This document shows, one piece after another, positions 46,901-58,172 of a stretch of 64,000 nucleotides of DNA. The position numbers and the translations under genes were made by a program. Source of the stretch: Opitutales bacterium (lineage in GTDB: Bacteria > Verrucomicrobiota > Verrucomicrobiia > Opitutales > UBA2987); NCBI GenBank assembly GCA_965226885.1, contig CBDDEL010000013.1, forward strand, positions 32,001 to 96,000. The letters are read 5' to 3'. Below the pieces are notes generated by a model. It made no database searches, was not told the origin of the DNA, and saw nothing but the letters and a program-made list of their open reading frames with translations. How positions within the stretch are numbered: the first letter of the stretch is position 1; every line of letters starts with the position of its first letter.

Positions 46901-49900
46901 AGCTTTTAATCGACAAGCTCGACCTTAAATTCTCGCCCATCGAACCGGTCGAATTCACCATAACGGTGACCAATGTCAGCGGAGAGGACCATGTCCCCGC
47001 ACCGGCGGCCGATCCCGTCGATATCGATCTGCGCTTGTCCTCCGACCTGGTTTTTGACGATCCGGCCGACGCCCTGCTGGCCACCGTCCAATTTGCAGGA
47101 ATCCTGGGCGCGGGCGAAAGTGTTGAGCTGAGCGGTAGCTTTACCATTGACGGGGGCACTACGCAGGGATTCTACCGCGTGGGAGCCTTTGTCGATCCGG
47201 ACGATGCGGTAACAGAAATCGAGGAAACGACCAATAACACGCTCTTTGCGGCGGGTACTTTCGAGACCCTCGGTTTTCCGGACCTGGCGGTCGGTTCCGC
47301 TACCATTTCTGTGCCTGTGGCGCGCCCGCAGGAAAATGCTACTCTGGACATCAATGTGCGCAACTTTGGCGATGATCTTCCGGACAGCGCCACACCGGTG
47401 GAGATCGAGATATTTCTGACTCGCAATGCGGTATTCGGAGATGGCGATGATGTGTTCGTAGGTTCCTCCATACTGACGGTGGGAATCGATGCCGGAGGAA
47501 CCCTCCCACTGACAGATGAATCCTTTACCTTGCCGGCTTCTCTGGAGCAGGGAGATTACGTATTCATGTTCCGCATCGACCCCGAAAACCTGGTCGCCGA
47601 AGAGGATGAAGACAACAATACATTCATCATGGATTTCGAAGCTCCCGCCAATGTGGTGAGTTTCAATCCCGACTTTCTCATCACAGAAGAAGACGTCGTC
47701 ATCGTACCGCCGGATCCGGTTTTGCCGGAAGCGGAAATCCTCCTCAGTTTCAACCTGACCAACCTGGGCGCCGATTATTTCGACCTGGGCGGCGGATTCC
47801 CCATCGTGGTGGATGCAGCCCTCTCCACCGACGGCACATTCGGCAATGGCGACGACCTGCCCTTAGGCTCCATCACAGTGGGAACGGAATTGAGTTTCAA
47901 CACATCAATCATCGTTGAAAACGAGATACTGCAAATACCATCGCCCATCGATTCGGACAGCTATTTTCTCGCGTTGAGAGTCAATCCGGAAGATTCCATC
48001 GTGGAGAACGACACCGACAACAATACATTTATCAGCACCGAGCCCATTCGCATCGATCCTGATTTCACCATCACAAATCTTGAATTGCCAAACAGCGATT
48101 TGATTCCCGGGGCGACCTCCGGATTCAAGGTAACTGCGGCCAACCTGGGCACCAATTACCTCGGCGCAGAGGACGTCACCGTGCAACTGGTGCTGACCAC
48201 GGACAATGTAATCGGCAACAGCGACGATCACATCCTTGGCACTGGCAATGATTTTGGATTTACCGCTCCCATCCTCTCGGGTGATACTCCCAGTGAAAGC
48301 CAGAGCCTAGCCATTCCAGACCCCATTCTTTCTGGCACTTACATCGTCGCCGCCCGCATCGATCCGCTCAACCAGGTGGGTGAAACCGATGAAGCCAACA
48401 ACACCACCTTTTCCATCCAGTCCTTCGATCTCCTGACGGACTTACAGGTTTCACCGCTGGAAAGTGGTAACGATAACGATGACAATTACGATCCCGACAA
48501 TACCGATAACTCCGACTACGTTCGGGGGGTCGAGGCCATCGTTATCAACAGCATCACCATAGAGAACACCAGCCTCTTTGACGCCCCGGGTGGAACAGCC
48601 ATACAGGTGCGCCTTTCCAAGGACCGCATTTTCGGTAATCTCGATGACGCCATAATCGTTCCCGAGATCGTCATCGCAGAAGTCCTGGGGGAGGGGGATA
48701 CGGCTTCTGTCACAAGCGGCTTCAATGTCCTTATACCGGACGACACCCCGGTCGGCGATTATTTCCTGGCTGTGCGGGTGGATTTCAATAGCGAGATTAC
48801 GGAGATCGATGAAACCAACAACACTATCTTTTCAACCTTTGCCGATATCACCATTCTCGGCACCGGAGACACTTCCGATGGCTTGGAAGAAGCGCTGGAA
48901 GATCATAGTCCCGCCAATCCAATAGGCATTTTCGCCAGTCTGGGAGGAGTCTCGTCCTGGTTTGCGCAGACCGATCAGGTCGAGGACGGCGCGGCCGGAG
49001 GCCAGAGCGGCGCGGTCGGCGATAACGAGGAGAGCCTCTTTGAATTTTCTGTTTTTCAGGAAGAACGCTTTGAGCTCAGTTTTTTCTGGAGCGTATCCTC
49101 CGAGGACGGCTTCGATTTTCTCCTTTTCAGCATTAATGGTGAGGAGATGGAATCGATTTCCGGCGACAACATCACGTTTACTGAAGTGACCCATGTTCTC
49201 GATCCCGGCAGCTACACCTTCCGGTGGACCTATCGCAAAGATGCCAACACCTTCAAATTTCTGGATGCCGGCTGGGTCGATTCCATCGAAATCAACGCCG
49301 CCACCGATACCGAGCTTGACGATCCCGACTTTACCATTCTGAGCGCCGATTACGAGCCCGGAACATTTGTGGTCCAGCGCGACAGCTTTGATTTCAATGC
49401 CATCGGGGTAAATATCGGGGGCGACCTGTTGCCCATCCCATCCGACACCCTGGAGGTGGAAGCCGTCTTGTCCATCGACCAGGAAATAGGCAATGGCGAC
49501 GACATCATCCTGGGATCTTTTCTCATCGCGGAACCGCTCGATGAAAACAACCAGTTTGTTTATCGAAATATTATTGAGATTCCCGAGACGAACCGGGCTG
49601 GCATCGTAATTCCAGCCTCCGCCAGTTATTTCCTCGGCCTCAGAATCGATCCGCCCACGTCGGAGAAACCGGCCGGCAACTTTGACGAATTGGATGAGAA
49701 CAACAACATCCTCATTTCCGATGAAGCTGACATCGTGGTCGAAACCAGGCCCGATATCACCCTTGAAAACTTTACTTATACCAACGGAACTTTCTCCTAC
49801 GGTGAGAGCATCCTTCTCTCATTCGACATGGCCAACGAGGGTTTGCGCAGCATATCCAGTGTTTTCGAGGGCGGTGAACCGATCAGCATGCGCGTAGTGC

Positions 49901-52900
49901 TCGACAATAGCGAATTCACTACTTTCGAATATACAGAGGGGCTTGCCATCGGAGAACGGCGGTTTATTCAAGTGTCCGTCACAGTTCAGGACGATTTCCC
50001 CATTTCCACTACTTGCGGAAACATAAATGTCATCGCCGATACTTCCGACGGCGTCGATGAATCGAACGAAGACAACAATTCCACTTTCAACACCAACCTG
50101 GATACCTTCATCACCGGAATTGATCTGGGCGAGGCTTTGGATGCCACCCGGTTGCGTTGGGTTCTCGATGGTTCGTCGTCATGCGTTCCCTGGGTCGGGC
50201 AAAGTGAAGAATCTCTCGATGGTGAGGATGCCGTCAAGTCTCCGGCAACGTTGGCCGAAGGGGAATTCTCTAATCTTTCGAGCACCGTATTCATCGATTC
50301 GCCCACCTTCGTCAGCTTTGCTTACATGGGCACTCCCGTTATTCAAATCAAGCAGGGAGATGAAATCATCCGGCAGGTAAAGCTGATCGCTCCCGAGGGG
50401 GACGGTATATGGAATGGCTTCCAGATCGAGCTCGATCCGGGAGACTTTTATACTTTCACCTTCATTTCCGGCACTATAATACTGGAGGCGGACCTGCAGG
50501 ATGGTGATGATATTGTGTCTGCCGGTGAGGAATTTGATGCCGGGACTGGTATGTTCATCGATCAATTCGAACTCTCATTCCCCGAAATCGCTCTTCAAAC
50601 CATCGATTTTACGGGCGGATCGCAAACACTGGCCAGAGGAGATACTATAGACTTGGCAGACGCGGTTATCGAAATAGTCAATACCGGAGCCAAGGATGTG
50701 CCCGCCAATACGCCTCTCGTCTTCCAGTTCCGGCTCTCCACAGATCAGGTTTTTGGCGACGACAACGATATTCTCCTGCGGAGCGAGGCACTCGGTTTCC
50801 TTAAGGACACCCATACCGTGCAATTGGACGATGCCCTGGTGGCCAGTGCAGACCCCTTAATCCCACGAGATGTTAGCGAATTCTTTACCCTCAGGGTGTC
50901 CGAATTTACTCCGCCGGGAGATTATTTCCTGGGCGCATTTGTCAATTTTACCGGAATAATCGAAGAAGTGGATATCACCAACAACGTGCTATTCACGGAT
51001 CAACCGGTGGTCACCGTAAATGCCGGAGGCGGTGTCGTTACACTGGATGAAGCGCTCGATCTGGATGATGTCTCCGCGCCCGTCGGCCCCTTGGCTTCCA
51101 CTCGCGATCTAGAAGTTCCTTGGTTCGGACAGGGAGACGTACACAATGGCGACGGCGACGCTGCCCAGAGCCCCTTCATCGACGAGGGCAGCGAAACAGC
51201 ATTTGAAGTACCCATACCAGGTCCGGCAGAGGTCACCTTCTTCTGGAAATCCGACACACTGGAGAACCTCAACAGCTTGGCATTGCTGCTTGACGGGGTT
51301 ATCGAAAAACGCATTTCCGGAGATGTCGATTGGCAGCAGGAGAGCGTAGTCTTGGGCGATGGCGACCACACCTTACGCTGGGTCTATCAAAAGGGCAAAA
51401 ACCCCGAAGGAACCGATGTCGGCTATATCGACAATATCGCCGTCAATATTTTCGACCTCGAAGTGACGGATATAAAAGTAGGCGGCGACATAGCGGTGGA
51501 CCGGGAAGACCCCGTAGATGGCTTGAGTGTGACCTTGACAAATAACGGCAATGCTGCCGTCGGGGCCTTCATATTCGAGGTGCTGCTGTCGCTTAATAAT
51601 GAGTTCGGCGATGCGGATGACGTGATTCTGGGCACATTCGAATTGGCCAGTGGCATAGATGCATCCAGTGACGTTATCCTCATTTCGGATACTGATTTTG
51701 ATCTTGTTGTTCCCAACACCGCCAATCCCGGCGTGTATTCAGTGGTAGTAAACATAGATTCCACCAATGTTATCAACGAGGTCGATGAAGCCAATAATAT
51801 CGAGTTCGACCTTGATACGCCCAATACGGTCACCGTAAATTCTCTCTCTTTGTCCGATGCTATGGACGCTAGCGGTGATCTGGCCCCGGCATCATTTACT
51901 ATTGGGGGAGACGCCTCCTGGTATGGTGCCGAAGGGCTCGACGGAGCCGATACCACCAATGGCGACGATGCCGGCACGGTGCCCGACCTCGATATTGCCG
52001 GCCAGACCGCATTTTTCGAGACGAGCATACCAGGCCCCTTCCTTCTGTTCTTCGAATGGAAGGTTTTCTCCGCCGGAGACACCCTGTCATTATCCATCGA
52101 TAGTGTGGAAGTCGCATCCATAATCGGAACGGACGGATTTTCCACCATCGACCTCAACATCCAGGCCGGTTCCACCGACCGTCTTGTCCGCTGGACCTAT
52201 ACGCGCAACAACGACGGAGACGACGATCCGGCCGAAAAGGCGTTTGTGGACAATCTGTTGATCGAAGCGCTAACTCTACCGGATTTGATCATTACCAGTC
52301 TCGATTTTTCGGAAGGCACCTTTGTCATACAAGCCAACACCGCCTTTGACGTTACGGTGGTGGGAGTTAATGCCGGAGTGCCCATGAGCGATAGCGGTTC
52401 CTCTACCGGCAGCCAGCTCTTTGATGTGGAAATTCGGCTCTCTCTGGATAAAATTTGGGGCAATTCCGATGATATTATCCTCGGCAAATTGAACGAAATT
52501 GAGCAGATCGATGATAACGGCCGCTTCGTTTTTACCCAATCGTGGATACTTTCCAACCCCTATGCGGAAGGTGACTACTTTGTCGCGGCCTTCGTGGACA
52601 GCACCGAGATTTTCGAGGAATTCGATGAAGCCAATAACTTCTCATTTTCTGAAAGTGCCGATGTCACCCTCGATCTTCGCCCCAACCTGCGAATCCAGAA
52701 TTTGACCTACCGAACCGGCAGCTACTTTAAAAATGGAGAAATTCAATTAGAATTCGATGTCGTCAACACCGGATTCGAAGACTTCCCGATTGGCGAATCT
52801 TTCCAAATCACCATCGATCTGAAAGGGCAATTTACGGATACATTTGACGATAACGGTGATGTGCAGGAAATCACGGAGCAAACCAATTTGGATCGCACGC

Positions 52901-53709
52901 TGGTCATTTTCGCCGATGATCGCGGTATTCGCGCCGACTTGACCGGCCTCAATCCGCCCAGCGTCACATTCAGCGCGAGCCTCAAGCTGCCCGCCTATAA
53001 CGAATCAGATATCACGGATGAATTCCCGGTCTTCAGTAATTTGACCGTCGATGACCCGAACACAACGGGAACACCGGGCAATGAATCGCCCATTTCCATC
53101 TTTTTTGCCCTCGACACCAACATTACTTCGGACGACGTGGCCATGGTATCGGGAGCGTCCATTACCTTCCTCGGCTCTCACAATATCGAAATCCTGGCCC
53201 GCCCGTTCTCACAGGACTTCACCGAGTTTGCGACCTTCTGGAACGCCGAACCCGATCAGGGCAGCGGTAACTCAGTAAACGCTAAAGGGGACGATGACGA
53301 CAGCGATGGGTTTACCAATTTGCAGGAATTTGCTTTCGGCATGGACCCGAGAGAGGCCAATGCCCAGCCCGCCTTCGACGATGGCTCACGGACCAATCCC
53401 GGACCCGCGTTTGGCTTGATCCAGATCGACGGCGAAGAATACCTCAGCGTGACCTTTAACCGTCTCGACAATTTTGCCAATGGAGAAGATTTAGATTATG
53501 TGGTTGAGGTATCTGAAAATGGAACTTTCGCCGATGCCGTCGAATTGATAACGATCGATTCCACGGACACGATTGACATAATCGAAAGCGATACGGAAAC
53601 CGTCAGCGTGATCGACAACGATTACCTGCACCGCATAACGGTTAAAGACACCATACCCGTCAATGCGACCGCCACCCGATTCATCCGGATAAAAGTCATC
53701 GACAACTGA
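40999..53709 (+). pseudogene. Giant secreted RCC1 + CARDB-like repeat protein 2 (>4,200 aa reconstructed)
   Basis: Signal peptide; RCC1 repeats with frame-breaking deletions at ~41480 and ~41604; frameshift ~46214; many CARDB-like repeats interspersed with 'WFGQ...SF.W.VSSE.GFDFL.F...LRW.Y.KD...WVD' modules. Confidence 0.85.
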
Positions 53710-53780
53710 TAGATATAGCCAGCCATAACCTCCCATGTCATATTAGGGAGGAGATATAATTATCAGAGAAAATACCGCCT

Positions 53781-55043
53781 CTATTGCAGATAAGGTATGG
53801 TTTGCGGACCTTCCGGTAATACCGCGACAGGCGAGTCGCCGCCTATTTTGGCCAGTTCATCATGCAAGCTTTTCTTCAAGTCGTGAATTGGGATAAGTTT
53901 GGCTTTCAGCGTATCTTGATCGGAGATTTTGCTATACAACCCGATCCGCCCTTTGACCATAATGTTGGCCAGCATCTGCACCTCCCACTGATCGAACATT
54001 TCAAAACCGGGCTCGAATATTTTATCGAGCATTGCTTGCGCAGTAGGGTAATGGAAGAGAAAACTCTTGAAGTTACCGTGCTCCGGGAACCCATCGTTGC
54101 AGCGGGCAGCCGCTAATATCAATCCGCCCGGTTTGAGGATTTGGGCGGCCGCGGACATGCCCTTGACGGCCTGATAAAGATTTTGATCGAGAGGATAACC
54201 GCCGTTTGTCGTTATTACGATTGGAAATGGATTGGGGCATGCGACCATGGCCGTTTCTCTGACAAATTTACAGCCCTCACGGTGAGCGGCCAGCGTTTCC
54301 CCGCAAAAAAATCGCGTAATCTCCTTTTTGTCGTTCAGGGCGACATTGATGCAAAAGTCGATGGGAAGCAGCGAAGCGCCCGCCCTTACGTTTTCCTGGG
54401 TAGGGTTGTCCTCAAGAATTCCCCAGGCGCTGCGGGGGTGGCCGATATTTTTTGCGCCGTGGTATTTCATGATCGCTTCCACATTTGTCACGCCGGGGAA
54501 AACCGCCTTGTAGCCGCCGGAAAATCCGGCCATGAAATGAGGCTCAATAAACCCCAGGATTATCCGCCTGTCTGCCTCCACATACTCGCGATTAAAATAA
54601 ACGGGGTAGCCGAATGGCGATTCGCCGGCATAGGCCATGGTGTCGTGATTATGGCCGTCATGGTTGATGATCCGGTAATTTGCGGCGATGTCTTTTCCCA
54701 CCATCTGCTCGATTTCGGCCGGCGTATTTCCACGATGGGAACCGGTTCCTATAATTATTGTGAATCGATCTTTGGGCACATGCTTCAATTCACGGAAGAG
54801 CCAGGGCAGTAGCAGGTCGCTCGGCAGTGGTCGCGTGATATCGGCAATGACCACCACAACCCGGTCTTTTGCCCCAACCAGCTCTTTCAATGGCAGGCAC
54901 TCTATGGGACTGCGGACGGCTGCCTGAAATGCGGCCATCTGGTCGGAAATTCCCTTCACGAAGGCGGGCTTCAGCGTCGTTGCATTGACGCCTTCAAGAT
55001 CGACTTCCAATCCGCTCTGCCCATATAATAGACTGACCTTCAT
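53781..55043 (-). CDS. larA: LarA-family nickel-pincer-dependent racemase/epimerase
   Basis: IADITRP, GTGSHR, IEPHFMAGFSGGYK, YPLDQNLYQAVKG; likely start MKVSLLYG. Substrate is not necessarily lactate. Confidence 0.85.
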   Translation of the reverse strand: MKVSLLYGQSGLEVDLEGVNATTLKPAFVKGISDQMAAFQAAVRSPIECLPLKELVGAKDRVVVVIADITRPLPSDLLLPWLFRELKHVPKDRFTIIIGTGSHRGNTPAEIEQMVGKDIAANYRIINHDGHNHDTMAYAGESPFGYPVYFNREYVEADRRIILGFIEPHFMAGFSGGYKAVFPGVTNVEAIMKYHGAKNIGHPRSAWGILEDNPTQENVRAGASLLPIDFCINVALNDKKEITRFFCGETLAAHREGCKFVRETAMVACPNPFPIVITTNGGYPLDQNLYQAVKGMSAAAQILKPGGLILAAARCNDGFPEHGNFKSFLFHYPTAQAMLDKIFEPGFEMFDQWEVQMLANIMVKGRIGLYSKISDQDTLKAKLIPIHDLKKSLHDELAKIGGDSPVAVLPEGPQTIPYLQ

Positions 55044-55104
55044 AGGTAGGTAGAGGGAATGTGAAAATGGTCCCGTATGATAATTCGAGAGGGGACGAAG
55101 GCGA

Positions 55105-56019
55105 TTAAACGGCGGCGGGTTCGAAGACCCAGTCCTCAATTTTTTCCAGCGCCTCATCGACCATCCTTTCCTGCTCTGAATTGAGCCGCTGGAACGGTTC
55201 TGTGGACATGTTTGTTTTGATCAAGCCCCGGCGCATGAGAACATGTTTTTGGGCTGAGGGCCATAACGGCATACCATCGCCACCGTAAATGGAATAAGCC
55301 GAGTTGATAGCCTCTTGGTATTTTTTCGCTTCATTCTCCCGCTCTGCCAGGGCTGCCTTGAAGACAGCCACGCATAGACCCGGCAACATGCTGCCAATGC
55401 CGGCGATGGTGCCGCCGCCGATTTTTGCAGATTTGGCGATCTCCCGCACACTACCGTTGAAGCATGGCGTATTGTTCGGCAACTCTCTAACGCATCGGGC
55501 AAATAATTCGAAGTTTTGAGCAGAAAATTTTAGACCCTCCATATTGGGTAGTGACATGAATTCCGCTATCGATTCAAAATCGCTGGCGAAAGGTGTGACA
55601 TAGGGGTTTTCGTAAAACCAGACCGGCACCGCTGAATTTTCAGTCAAAACCTTCATGAATCGGAAAGTTTCTCCCGGGGTTCGGCTGGGAAACACCATGC
55701 GGGGAGTCGCCACAACGGCATCGACTTTTGCTTCCACGGCCATTGTTACATTGTCGAGCGCCCTTTTTGTGCTAATTTCCGACACATTGGCCAGAATCGG
55801 GACACGGCCGTTGACGATGCGCACGGATTCACGGAAGAGGATCGCCCTCTGGCTGTCGCGCAGGGCAATGCCCTCGCCCATGGTGCCGCCCACGAACAAT
55901 CCTTTCAAATCGTAGCCGAGCATCCAGTTGATGAGGTTTTCGAGACTTGGCACATCAATCGTTTCATCCTCGTTCAAAGGGGTGATGAGTGCCGGAACTA
56001 TTCCAATTTCAATATTCAT
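55105..56019 (-). CDS. DHDPS/NanA-family class I aldolase or dehydratase
   Basis: PALITP, GGTMGEG, catalytic-position Tyr (YENP) and Schiff-base Lys (GLKFS). Confidence 0.88.
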   Translation of the reverse strand: MNIEIGIVPALITPLNEDETIDVPSLENLINWMLGYDLKGLFVGGTMGEGIALRDSQRAILFRESVRIVNGRVPILANVSEISTKRALDNVTMAVEAKVDAVVATPRMVFPSRTPGETFRFMKVLTENSAVPVWFYENPYVTPFASDFESIAEFMSLPNMEGLKFSAQNFELFARCVRELPNNTPCFNGSVREIAKSAKIGGGTIAGIGSMLPGLCVAVFKAALAERENEAKKYQEAINSAYSIYGGDGMPLWPSAQKHVLMRRGLIKTNMSTEPFQRLNSEQERMVDEALEKIEDWVFEPAAV

Positions 56020-56043
56020 GATTTAATATAATGGTTTTTGATT

Positions 56044-57311
56044 TTACGTTTTGTAAGCATTTAAAACTTTTTTCAAGACTGCGGCGATTAACTGAACATG
56101 TTCGCTGTGCAAACATTCGTTCCAGGGTAGAATTATGGTTTCCCGGCAGCATTTTTCGGCCAGGGGGCATAATCCTTCTTCGTATTTCCATCGTTTGCGC
56201 GCGGTGGGCGCATTGAATGGCCAACCGGATTTACCAAACGTTTTTTGATCCCGGATCGGATCATTGCATAGAGGTAGAGCGGAATCGGTCCGGGGTAGCC
56301 ATGTTCGCAACCCAGACCCTCGGCCCTGAGTGCTTGAACAATGGTTTCCGTGTCGGCCGTAAGTCGTTCCGGCTTGAGACGAAAACAATAATAAAAATAG
56401 GTCTGCTTGCAATCCGGCAAGGTTCCCACCGGTTCAACGGCTTTCTCTTCCCAGAGCAATTGGTCCAGTTCCGCCGCGGCCTCGCGCCGGGCTTCGATGG
56501 AAATGGAATATTTTTGTATTTGGGCGATCCCGACCGCAGCCTGCAATTCCGTCATGTGGTAATTGGGGGCCAGGAAATAATGATCGCGGCCCGGTTTGTG
56601 GCGGGGCCAACCTTTATCAAAGCATTCGCGTAGCCTTCGCCCGAAACGCCGGTCTTCGTTCGCCATTACCAACCCGCCATCGCCCGTCGTTATGTGTTTG
56701 CTTTGTTGAAAACTGAAACAGCCGATATTGCCGATGGCACCGGCCAGGCGGCCTTTATATTCGGTCATGTGGGCCTGAGCGCAGTCCTCGATGACGAAAA
56801 GGTTGTGCCTGCGCGCAATTTCCATAATCGGATCCATGTCCGCCGGGCTACCGTAAATATGCGTCACCATGATACCCCGTGTGCGCGGTGAAATGTGCTC
56901 CTCGATTTTTCTGGGATCCATATTCTGGTTAAATGGATCGACCTCCACAAAAACCGGAATGGCCTGCTGGTAGAGAATTGGAATAACGCTCCCCATGTCG
57001 GTGATGGGGGAAACCAGGATTTCGTCTCCCGGCTCCGGGTCGAGATAGATCATGGCGGTGTGCAGGGCAGCCGTGCCGCTGCTCACGGCAACGCTATGAT
57101 CAACCTGGTAAAGCTGGCAAAAAAGCTTTTCAAATTCCGCAACCTTGCTGCCGTAAATATAGGCCAGGCATCCGCTCTCGAGCACTTCCTTGACCAGGGC
57201 CATCTCCTCTTCGCCAATGAGACGGCCGGATGCGTTCTTTATGGTCGGCAATGGCGATGCGATGACCGGCTTGCCGCCCTCAATGGCCAGTTTTTCAATT
57301 TCCGTTCTCAT
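56044..57311 (-). pseudogene. DegT/DnrJ/EryC1/StrS PLP aminotransferase, frameshifted near the 3' end
   Basis: SSGTAALH, IEDCAQAH, FSFQQSKHITTGDGG. A 5-bp duplication (CGGAT x2, 56252-56261) separates the C-terminus (DQKTFGKSGWP...CP.AE...ILPWNE). Confidence 0.88.
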
Positions 57312-57323
57312 TAAAATAAATAA

Positions 57324-58172
57324 TTATCCTTTTATCGCTCCCGATCCGATGCCGCGAACAAAGACTCGCATTCCAAAAATAAATAGGATGATCAGCGGTA
57401 TGGCTGCAATTAAATAAGTGGCCATCATAGGGCCCCATTGTTTCAGATTAACGCCGTCCAGTTGATAGAGTTTAACCCCGATGGGGTAGAGTTCCTCTTT
57501 GCCCAATACAATGAGGGGCAGAACGAAGTCGTTCCAGTGATTGATAAAGTCGAGGATGGCGACCGTTACTATGATGGGCGTGCAGATGGGGACGACGACA
57601 TGGATGATTTGCCTGAAATCGCTGGCCCCGTCCATCTGTGCGGAGTCGAATAGGTCCTGCGGAATGTCCTCAATAAAATTGCGCAGAAGATAAATCGCCA
57701 CCACCTGCGCCGTTGCCGTGGCCGGAATGATAACCCCGGCAAAAGTTCCCAGCAGGCCGAGATCCCTCAGCAAGGCAAAAAGCGGGATCAGATTCACCAC
57801 CCCGGGAATGAACATCTGCATGAGAAAAAGTAGAAAAAGGAATCTGCCGCCGGGCATTTTATAACGACCAAAGAAATAGGCGGCACAAATGGAAATGGCC
57901 AGATTGAAAGCGGTTGCCGTGAAGGAGATAAAGATAGTTACGTAAATGGAGCCGCTGATCTGCTTCCAGCCCGTCATCCAGTTGCTCCAATAATAAGGAG
58001 ATATGGGTATGAGCGGATCGTTAAAAAACTGCTCATTAGTTTTCAGGCTAATATTCAAAATCATGTAGAGCGGAAAAAAAGCAAAAAACAAGATCAGCCA
58101 AATGAAAGCGTGCTTGGGCAGTTCCCATCTACGCTTCTGAAGGAATTGATTCAATGGTGATTTGCTTTTCAC
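57324..58172 (-). CDS. Carbohydrate ABC transporter permease (MalG-like)
   Basis: EAA-loop variant 'IPQDLFDSAQMDGAS', 'WNDFVLPL', C-terminal 'GAIKG'; multiple TM segments. Confidence 0.92.
   Translation of the reverse strand: MKSKSPLNQFLQKRRWELPKHAFIWLILFFAFFPLYMILNISLKTNEQFFNDPLIPISPYYWSNWMTGWKQISGSIYVTIFISFTATAFNLAISICAAYFFGRYKMPGGRFLFLLFLMQMFIPGVVNLIPLFALLRDLGLLGTFAGVIIPATATAQVVAIYLLRNFIEDIPQDLFDSAQMDGASDFRQIIHVVVPICTPIIVTVAILDFINHWNDFVLPLIVLGKEELYPIGVKLYQLDGVNLKQWGPMMATYLIAAIPLIILFIFGMRVFVRGIGSGAIKG

Noticed and set aside
53729..53750. CTCCC...GGGAG hairpin between convergent genes
   Set aside because: Short stem, large loop and no U-tract; too weak to call a terminator.
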